The position numbers and the translations under genes are program-made. A stretch of DNA of 64,000 nt from Macrostomum lignano (Eukaryota). A model generated the notes under the pieces. It saw nothing but the letters and a program-made list of their open reading frames with translations. It was not told the DNA's origin and ran no database searches. The stretch lies in the NCBI GenBank assembly GCA_002269645.1, contig NIVC01000013.1:1-64000 (forward strand). The letters are read 5' to 3'. Below are positions 37,265 to 64,000 of this stretch, piece after piece (position 1 is the stretch's first letter; each line of letters opens with the position of its first letter).

Positions 37265-38125
37265 GGTTTTGTGAAGCTGAGGGTTTTTGTGAAACTGAGG
37301 GTTTTTGTGAAACTGAGGGTTTTGTGAAGCTGAGGGTTTTTGTGAAACTGAGGGTTTTGTGAAGCTAAGGGTTTTTGTGAAACTGAGGGTTTTTGTGAAA
37401 CTGAGGGTTTTGTGAAGCTGAGGGTTTTGTGAAGCTGGGGGTTTTGTGAAGCTGAGGGTTTTGTGAAGCTGGGGGTTTTGTGAAGCTGAGGGTTTTGTGA
37501 AGCTGAGGGTTTTGTGAAGCTGAGGGTTTTGTGAAACTGAGGGTTTTGTGAAACTGAGGGTTTTGTGAAGCTGAGGGTTTTGTGAAGCTGAGGGTTTTGT
37601 GAAGCTGAGGGTTTTGTGAAGCTGAGGGTTTTGTGAAGCTGAGGGTTTTGTGAAACTGAGGGTTTTGAGAAACTGAGGGTTTTGTGAAGCTGAGGGTTTT
37701 GTGAAGCTGAGGTTTTTGTGAAGCTGAGGGTTTTGTGAAACTGAGGGTTTTGTGAAGCTGATGGTTTTGTGAAACTGAGGGTTTTGTGAAGCTGAGGGTT
37801 TTGTGAAACTGAGGGTTTTGTGAAGCTGATGGTTTTGTGAAACTGAGGGTTTTGTGAAGCTGAGGGTTTTGTGAAACTGAGGGTTTTGTGAAGCTGAGAG
37901 TTTTGTGAAACTGAGGGTTTAGTGAAGCTGAGGGTTTTGTGAAGCTGAGGGTTTTGTGAAGCTGAGGGTTTTGTGAAGCTGAGGGTTTTGTGAAACTGAG
38001 GGTTTTTGTGAAGCTGAGGGTTTTGTGAAACTGAGGGTTTTTGTGAAACTGAGGGTTTTTGTGAAACTGAGGGTTTTTGTGAAGCTGAGGGTTTTGTGAA
38101 ACTGAGGGTTTTGTGAAACTGAGGG
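37265..38125. repeat. 17-18-bp minisatellite
   Basis: Unit GAGGGTTTTGTGAAGCT. Confidence 0.95.
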
Positions 38126-38699
38126 TCTGTAAGTGTACAAAAGTACCTCCCAGGTTTTCAAGGCCCACTAAGCGGCTTCTTCAAAACATTGACGCGAACG
38201 GCATGTTGTATTGCATGCTCTGAGCAACCCTGCATCGGAGCGATGTTTCGACAGAAGAGGCCCGTAAAATGCTTCATCATGCAGCCTCCTTTGTTTTTGT
38301 TGCAACCGACGGATTCAGCCAGGCGAACCGAGTCGTGCTTTGGGTGGAGCCTCATCATCTGCAGCATCTCTCCGCTAGACTCCTTGCACGGTCTCTGAAC
38401 TTCCAACAGCATTGATGCGCAGTTTCCTACTGCTTATTTTCTAAAATTTCTGTTTTTTACTGCTAAGCAATATAAGGAGGAGCTCTCCATGAATGAGTGA
38501 CGTGTTGCTAAGCTGAATTAACAAAAAACCCTGGGTTCGTTCGGGCGAGTCTGGTAGGAAGCTGGGCCTGCTCAGTATTGATGTAGAAGATACATTTGTA
38601 TCCTTTGTTTGTTCTGCTATTGCCATTCCGGCAAATGTAATATGTTTGAGCTTAGCGCAGCGAACTGGGTAGTCAGCTGGCATCCATTCTCGTGACAAT

Positions 38700-39145
38700 T
38701 AGGCCAACCTCCCAGATCCCCCTCTCTGGGCCAGCCTCCCAGATCCCCCGTCTCTGGGCCAGCATCCCAGATCCTCAGTTGCTGGGCCAGCCTCCCAGAT
38801 CCTCAGTTGCTAAGGCCAGCCTCCCAGATCCCCAGTTGCTGGACCACTAGCCTCCCAGATCCCCAGTTACTGGGCCAGCCTCCCAGATCCCCCGTCTCTG
38901 GGCCAGCCTCCCAGATCCCCCGTCTCTGGGCCAGCATCCCAGATCCTCAGTTGCTGGGCCAGCCTCCCAGATCCCCAGTTGCTGGGCCAGCCTCCCAGAT
39001 CCCCAGTTGCTGGGCCATCCTCCCAGATCCCCAGTTGCTGGGCCAGCCTCCCAGATCCCCAGTTGCTGGGCCAGCCTCCCAGATCCCCAGTTGCTGGACC
39101 AGCCTCCCAGATCCCCAGTTGCTTTGCCATCGCGCTTTCCCAGAT
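38700..39145. repeat. 28-bp minisatellite
   Basis: Unit CAGCCTCCCAGATCCCCAGTTGCTGGGC. Confidence 0.95.
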
Positions 39146-39499
39146 CCCAGCGAATCCAAAAAGCGTGATGATTTAAATATTCTCACCTGACAAAATCCCA
39201 AAGCCTTCATGTCTCCCAGAAGCAAACAAGGCCCTTGTCCGGCCTCTCTCTATTAGTTGGAGGGTTTTGTCAAAGCCAATTAATAAATTCTTTAATAAGG
39301 CAGGAGGCCGAAATTCAATTAGAAAAGCAGAAAGATCTCTGGTTGGGACTCTGGGAGTATGGGAGGCAGAGGGCCGGGTATGAATGGCTCAGTGAGCGAT
39401 GAGTCAGCTGCTGGGTCTCCGCCACTCAGAACCCTGATGGAGTGTAGCGGTGCAGACTCCAAGAAATTTATTCCTTTTCCTTCTGGTAGACTAGACTTC

Positions 39500-39535
<36 letters not shown>

Positions 39536-40309
39536 AGATTCTTCAAAAACAGTCAAAGCAGCATGGGTGGCAGCAGGCAGTTTGCGGAACAAATTTTATT
39601 TAATTAGCAAGTCTTCAGAGGCAAAAAAAGAGAAAAAATGGGAGAAATGCTTGGTTGTTCTCCTCTTGGAGTTTTTCCCGTTTTTTTCTATATGAATTTC
39701 ATAATTTTGCTGGCTCCCGGGAAGAGAGGCGTGCAGCCACTTCTAACAGCCTCCTCTGCTCCTTGGAGCAATAAAATATTTATTCAGAAATCTTCAACCA
39801 ATATTATAGTTTAGCGGCTCTAGCGGGCACAACTTCTCCTTACTCGCTTATTCCAAACTCAGCAAAGCTTTGGAACAAACTGCTGGAAGGTATCTCTAGG
39901 AGTGTTCTGGATTGCAATGTCATATGTATGTATGTATGTGTGTGTGTGCATGGCTGGGTTGGTTGGCTGAGCTCTCCAACTCATCTCACGAGTCATGACG
40001 GAAAGCAGCAAGAAGCAAAGCAGCTTTTTAGGTTTGAAGTGCCCCCCCGGCCCTCCTCGCTTGAAGATGCAGTTAGTTGGGGACTTGGAAGCTGGGGGGT
40101 GGGGTGGCGGCTAGCGACCTGTAGGAACCTGTAAGAATTTCTGAACGAAATCCACTTCAGCCAGTCAGTCAGTCAGCCAACCAGCCTGGACTGTTGAGTC
40201 AGTCAAACTCCAAGTCAGTCCAGTTCAATAGCTTCGCGCACCGCCCAAACTTCTTCAAAGTTCATTTTCAAACTTAAGCTTTTAAATTGGAAGGCCCAAT
40301 TCACATTGT

Positions 40310-40680
40310 TACCCTCCCTGATTCTTCAGTGGGTGCCGCTATACCCTCCCTGATCCTTCAGTGCCTGCCGCTATACCTTTTCTGATTCTTCAGTGTGTGC
40401 CGCTATACCCTCCCTGATTCTTTAGTGGGTGCCGCTATACCCTCCCTGATCCTTCAGTGCCGCTATACCCTCCCTGATCCTTCAGTGCCTGCCGCTATAC
40501 CCTCCCTGATTCTTCAGTGCCTACCGCTATACCCTCCCTGATTCTTCAGTGTGTGCCGCTATACCCTCCCTAATTCTTTAGTGTGCGCCGCTATACCCTC
40601 CCTGATTCTTTAGTGCCTGCCACTACACCCTCCCTGATTCTTCAGTGTGTGCCGCTATACCCTCCCTGATTCTTCAGTGG
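40310..40680. repeat. ~32-bp minisatellite
   Basis: Unit CGCTATACCCTCCCTGATTCTTCAGTGTGTGC. Confidence 0.93.
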
Positions 40681-41474
40681 AGCCTGTCCCTCATCAATAT
40701 CGCAGCAAAATGCAGTCCATGAGTTTCTATTAAAGGTTCCGCTCGCGGCAAATTCGATCTGAACGGAATTAAGTTAGATTATATCCGATGAGCTCATCTT
40801 GTCGAATAATGATCGCTGGACATTTATCGATATGCAGATACCCGATGCAGATATCCCTCTCGATGAAGATTTCATTCTCTTCTATAATTCTTCCCTCTCA
40901 ACTGATCAATGAGTTGCGCAGAACTCGCCTCTCGATCGGCAACCAATATCCCATATATGCCAGGACAAGAAATTTCTGAAATAAGAAAAGCGCCAAGATC
41001 TGCACGAACTTGGCTGCAGCAAGTGACCAACTCGATTTTTGTTTCTCCGCTGTCTGAGAATTCAAGATCAAGGAGATTTCGAACGTAGATCTGGATTGGA
41101 GACTTTTGGGATCAGAGCTGGCACTCATCTGACTTTCCATAAATCTTTAGGCATCATTCAAAAAGTGAAGCATCCTCTTATGTGCCTGAAGGATGGCTAT
41201 ACCAGCAGTTGGTTCTTCCCGGCTTGGGTTGGAGTTCAAGTCGGTTCGAGCGTGGTCAGGACAAGATAAAGCCGAATTATAACAAAATATTGTGGCTTTT
41301 TTCTCTTATCTCATCAGAAGAGAAATATTTACATATCGTTAGCATTCATTGAGAGCATTGCCATTCCAAACACGTATTTTAGCGGTTCTGTCGTCTATGC
41401 GAATTTTTATATAATTCGAGAATGTTTGTTTCATTTTTTTTCTTCTAAGCAAGAGGTTATGTGAATACGTCACG

Positions 41475-42560
41475 TTTGAGTCCTCGGGAGAAGGCGCCAC
41501 ATTTGAGTCCTTGGGAGAAGGCGCCACATTTGAGTCCTCGGGAGAAGGCGCCACATTTGAGTCCTCGGGAGAAGGCGCTATATTTGAGTCCTTGGGAGAA
41601 GGCGCCTGCAAATTTGAGTCCTTGGGAGAAGGCGCCACATTTGAGTCCTTGGGAGAAGGCGCCTGCAAATTTGAGTCCTTGGGAGAAGGTACAACATTTG
41701 AGTCCTCGGGAGAAGGCGCTATATTTGAGTCCTTGGGAGAAGGCGCCTGCAAATTTGAGTCCTTGGGAGAAGGCACAACATTTGAGTCCTTGGGAGAAGG
41801 CGCTATATTTGAGTCCTTGGGAAAAGGCGCCTGCAAATTTGAGTCCTTGGGAGAAGGCGCCACATTTGAGTCCTCGGGAGAAGGCGCCTGCATATTTGAG
41901 TCCTTGAGAGAAGGCGCCACATTTGAGTCCTTGGGAGAAGGCGCCACATTTGAGTCCTTGGGAGAAGGCGCCACGTTTGAGTCCTTGGGAGAAGGCGCCA
42001 CGTTTGAGTCCTTGGGAGAAGGCGCCACGTTTGAGTCCTTGAGAGAAGGCGCCTGCATATTTGAGTCCTTGGGAGAAGGCGCCACATTTGAGTCCTTGGG
42101 AGAAGGCGCTATATTTGAGTCCTTGGGAGAAGGCGCCACATTTGAGTCCTTGGGAGAAGGCGCTATATTTGAGTCCTTGGGAGAAGGCGCCTGCAAATTT
42201 GAGTCCTTGGGAGAAGGCGCCACATTTGAGTCCTTGGGAGAAGGCGCCACGTTTGAGTCCTTGAGAGAAGGCGCCTGCATATTTGAGTCCTTGGGAGAAG
42301 GCGCCACATTTGAGTCCTTGGGAGAAGGCGCTATATTTGAGTCCTTGGGAGAAGGCGCCACATTTGAGTCCTTGGGAGAAGGCGCTATATTTGAGTCCTT
42401 GGGAGAAGGCGCCACATTTGAGTCCTCGGGAGAAGGCGCTATATTTGAGTCCTTGGGAGAAGGCGCCTGCAAATTAGAGTCCTTGGGAGAAGGCGCCACA
42501 TTTGAGTCCTTGGGAGAAGGCGCCACATTTGAGTCCTTGGTGAAGGCGCCACATTTGAGT
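41475..42560. repeat. 27/30-bp minisatellite
   Basis: Unit ATTTGAGTCCTTGGGAGAAGGCGCCAC. Confidence 0.95.
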
Positions 42561-43019
42561 CCATCAGGCGTCAGAATCCCCCATAATTGAGTTTAAAGGC
42601 TTTGTCACTACATGAATCACTTAAAAGATGCAGGAAAAGTTCAGCTCTGGAAATCGCAAAAAAAGTCTTTCGATGCCAACCTCCAAGGCGGCTAATTATT
42701 CATAGTTTTCGTATCGAATAATTATTATTCGAAAATTTTGAGATAAAATTATTTTTTTCGCCCAGATCTCGGACGGGCTTTTCCAGGCTCGTATTCCCCC
42801 CCAATCATGCCAGTTTTCCAAAATTCGAAAAAACTCACATGCTGGTGCGGATCTGCATCTCTTTGTGACGGCCGCCTTTGAGAGTCAAAAAAATGGAGGC
42901 GATAGGAAATTGAGATGAGTCTTGAATTTGGGTCAGAGCTGATCTGGATAAACCCACCAGCCTCTCCAGCCTCCTTCAAACCTACTGAAGCTTCATCCAA
43001 ACCAGCTGTGAGGGATAAA

Positions 43020-44218
43020 AATGTGACTGAATGAGCATGAGAATAGAGTGACTGAATGAGTGAGAATAGAGTGACTGAATGAGTGAGAATAGAGTGACTG
43101 AATGAGCATGAGAATAGAGTGACTGAATTGGTGAGAATAGAGTGACTGAATGAGTGAGAATAGAGTGACTGAATGAGTGAGAATAGAGTGACTGAATTGG
43201 TGAGAATAGAGTGACTGAATGAGTGAGAATAGAGTGACTGAATGAGTGAGAATGGAGTGACTGAATGAGCATGAGAATAGAGTGACTGAATGAGTGAGAA
43301 TAGAATGACTGAATGAGCATGAGAATAGAGTGACTGAATGAGTGAGAATAGAGTGACTGAATAAGTGAGAATAGAGTGACTGAATGAGTGAGAATAGAGT
43401 GACTGAATGAGCATGAGAATAGAGTGACTGAATGAGTGAGAATAGAGTGACTGAATGAGTGAGAATAGAGTGACTGAATGAGTGAGAATAGAGTGACTGA
43501 ATGAGTGAGAATAGAGTGACTGAATGAGTGAGAATAGAGTGACTGAATGAGTGAGAATAGAGTGACTGAATGAGTGAGAATAGAGTGACTGAATGAGTGA
43601 GAATAGAGTGACTGAATGAGTGAGAATAGAGTGACTGAATGAGTGAGAATAGAGTGACTGAATGAGTGAGAATAGAGTGACTGAATTGGTGAGAATAGAG
43701 TGACTGAATGAGTGAGAATAGAGTGACTGAATGAGTGAGAATGGAGTGACTGAATGAGCATGAGAATAGAGTGACTGAATGAGTGAGAATAGAATGACTG
43801 AATGAGCATGAGAATAGAGTGACTGAATGAGTGAGAATAGAGTGACTGAATAAGTGAGAATAGAGTGACTGAATGAGTGAGAATAGAGTGACTGAATGAG
43901 CATGAGAATAGAGTGACTGAATGAGTGAGAATAGAGTGACTGAATGAGTGAGAATAGAGTGACTGAATGAGTGAGAATAGAGTGACTGAATGAGTGAGAA
44001 TAGAGTGACTGAATGAGTGAGAATAGAGTGACTGAATGAGTGAGAATAGAGTGACTGAATGAGTGAGAATAGAGTGACTGAATGAGTGAGAATAGAGTGA
44101 CTGAATGAGTGAGAATAGAGTGACTGAATGAGTGAGAATAGAGTGACTGAATGAGTGAGAATAGAGTGACTGAATGAGTGAGAATAGAGTGACTGAATGA
44201 GTGATAATAGAGTGACTA
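43020..44218. repeat. 23-bp minisatellite
   Basis: Unit GAGAATAGAGTGACTGAATGAGT. Confidence 0.97.
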
Positions 44219-44844
44219 TTCCCTGTCTCGAATGAGGCATTCCAGCGCATCAGTTGCGATCTATTTATCAAAAATTTCATCTATAATATGATTAGCTCAA
44301 ATGAGCTCTCAGTCTGCAGCCGTGACTCAATGCAATGCAATTATATTCATATCCAAATATTTATCATATCTGCGGAACTGCAAATATCTTCACGGAGGCA
44401 AGCAATGATGCCATAAAGGTGTTTAAGGTCATCGGATACCTTGAAAGCATTCAGCTACATGATCGACTGTAAGACGGAATGAGATAACATCTGAATTAAT
44501 CCCCAATATATTTATCCGCGGGCTCAGCCCCTTCGTCAAGTTCGGTCAAGTGGAATTGTGGAGCAAACCCTGCGTCTCACTGATGCTCACTTCAATAGTA
44601 ATCCGATTGGAGGTAATATAATAAGTGTTCTCTAACCTTGTATGCATATTTATTATATTCATGCTGGTCGGGTCATTAGGCTGCGCTTGTCCGGGGCAAG
44701 TCTACCAAATCTACTAAACCAGCAATATTTTGGGATACGTAATTAGGGTTGAGTTTCACTGCTGGGATCTTCTCGTGACTGACTATGGGGTATAGAATAG
44801 ACCCACTAGTATTTTCCTGTGTCACATTTATCTCTAAATGAATC

Positions 44845-45145
44845 TCGGTGATAATCTCAGTGAGAATCTCTTGATAATCTCAGTGAGAATCTCTTGATAA
44901 TCTCAGTGAGAATCTCTTGATAATCTCAGTGAGAATCTCTTGATAATCTCAGTGAAAATCTCTTGATAATCTCAGTGAAAATCTCTCGATAATCTCAGTA
45001 GGACTCTCTTCATAATCTCAGTGAGAATCTCCCGATCATCTCAGCGGGAATCTCTTCATAACCTCAGTGAGAATCTCTTAAAATCTAAGTGAGAATCTCT
45101 CGATAATCTCAGCGAGAATCTCCCGATCATCTCAGTGAGAAATAT
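44845..45145. repeat. 23-bp minisatellite just upstream of the protocadherin acceptor site
   Basis: Unit GTGAGAATCTCTTGATAATCTCA. Confidence 0.92.
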
Positions 45146-45208
45146 CCCGCATAAACAGTCTTCCCATCATAATTTCAGTAACCAGGGGCAACGCCAGTCT
45201 CCCTAGTC

Positions 45209-62450
<17,242 letters not shown>

Positions 62451-62684
62451 CGGATTGACTTACGTGTACCATAATTATTCATATATTGTACGACCAGCTC
62501 GCTTCTTCATTATGTAACAGCGCATCAAAATGGCATTTTATCATGGTTGGGCATGGCAAAAATAGAAAATTATAAGGGGAAGCCCCAGTAACTATGCAAA
62601 ATCTTAGGTATATAAATATATGAGTAAATAGGTTATCTATGCAACTATTAAAACTCAATTTTTTATGGAAAATCCATAGCAACC

Positions 62685-63350
62685 ATGGGAAAGCCCTAGC
62701 GACTATAGGAAATCCCTAGCAACCATGGGAAAGCCCTAGCGTCTATAGGAAATCCCTAGCAACCATGGGAAAGCCCTAGCGACTATAGGAAATCCCTAGC
62801 AACCATAGGAAATTCCTAGTATTTATAGGAAATTCCTAGCAACCGTGGAAAATCCCTAGTGTCAATAGGAAATCCCTAGCAACCATGGGAAATTCCTAGT
62901 ATCTATAGGAAATTCCTAGCAGCCGTGGAAAATCCCTAGTGTCAATAGGAAATCCCTAGCAACCATGGGAAATTCCTAGTATCTATAGGAAATTCCTAGC
63001 AGCCGTGGAAAATCCCTAGCGTCTATAGGAAATCCCTAGCAACCATAGGAAATTCCTAGCAACCATAGGAAATTCCTAGCAACCATAGGAAATCCCTAGC
63101 AACCATAGGAAATTCCTAGTATCTATAGGAAATTCCTAGCAACCATGAAAAATCCCTAGCGTCTATAGGAAATCCCTAGCAACCATAGGAAAAATCCCTA
63201 GTATCTATAGGAAATCCCTAGCAACCATAGGAAATCCCTAGCAACCATAGGAAAAATCCCTAGTATCTATAGGAAATCCCTAGCAACCATAGGAAAAATC
63301 CCTAGTATCTATAGGAAATCCCTAGGAACCGTGGAAAATCCCTAGCAACT
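62685..63350. repeat. 20-bp minisatellite downstream of the protocadherin stop
   Basis: Unit GGAAATCCCTAGCAACCATA and variants. Confidence 0.95.
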
Positions 63351-64000
63351 AGGAATTCTGTATCTGTAGTTGTCTAAGTTGCCACAGCAAAAGGTTTAAG
63401 CAGATTAACATATATCAAGAATGCTTGGTAACCGTAATTCACACTCGCAACCAATCAATTATGTATAATTAAAACTTCAATAATATCCCAATCTCATTCC
63501 CATCGCCGCATTGTTAATAACACGAGCTATCATGCTTTTCCTCTTGATTTATGTCAATGCAGACTTGTTATTCGTCTTTCTACTCATAAATGCGTATTAC
63601 TTCTTGCTGTAAGTTTTTAATAGCACCGATTAATCTCTCTCTTCAATTAATACTTATTGCTGATTGCTTGCTGTTAATAAAATAATTATAGTGAATTAAA
63701 AATAATAAAATTGCACAATAATTTTTGTTTGAAGTTTCTTTAATGTCTGAATATTGTGAACAGGTAATAAACCAACTTGACTTTATGCATATTTTATATA
63801 TATTTGGCAACACAAAATTACACAGGCATGAGCTATAAGCTGTACAGATTAGCTGGGAACATACCAAGCAGGTGCACGTTTTGTTACCTTATAAATTTGC
63901 TAAATAAAAGGCAGACAGGTACTTAACTACAAGAATTGTTAATTTTTTACTTGAAGACAAACTTTAGTTTTTTAAGTTAAAAAAGCAGAGTTGATAGCAG

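Noticed and set aside
37365-44280. Repetitive ORFs of 267-432 aa (e.g. APSPKDSN, HSFSHSILT)
   Set aside because: Minisatellite read-through in several frames and strands; no unique domain or splice support.

Overview
Eukaryotic (metazoan) genomic DNA: spliced genes, many intronic minisatellites and several DNA transposons. The style is reminiscent of the flatworm Macrostomum, but that is inference only. In order: (1) 1-9.3 kb, degenerate DNA-transposon debris, a Merlin/IS1595-like fragment and a TIR-bounded deletion derivative. (2) A four-exon SET/TAF-Ibeta gene (10595-18267, +) whose first intron holds a fold-back element with a nested 8-bp-TSD insertion. (3) An unannotated spliced non-coding host gene (~19.5-27.1 kb, +). 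Each of its six introns holds one paralogous, apparently dual-guide box C/D snoRNA (SNORD79-like D' guide plus a second 28S guide). The four long introns each carry a related 23-24-bp minisatellite, always 5' of the snoRNA. (4) 29-45 kb, mostly tandem arrays. (5) A 7-cadherin-repeat protocadherin gene (45209-62450, +) whose first coding exon is interrupted by a young, apparently intact 3.3-kb Chapaev-type (RAG1/Transib-related) transposon. Most long ORFs in the supplied track are artefacts of tandem repeats. No tRNA, rRNA or CRISPR array was seen.
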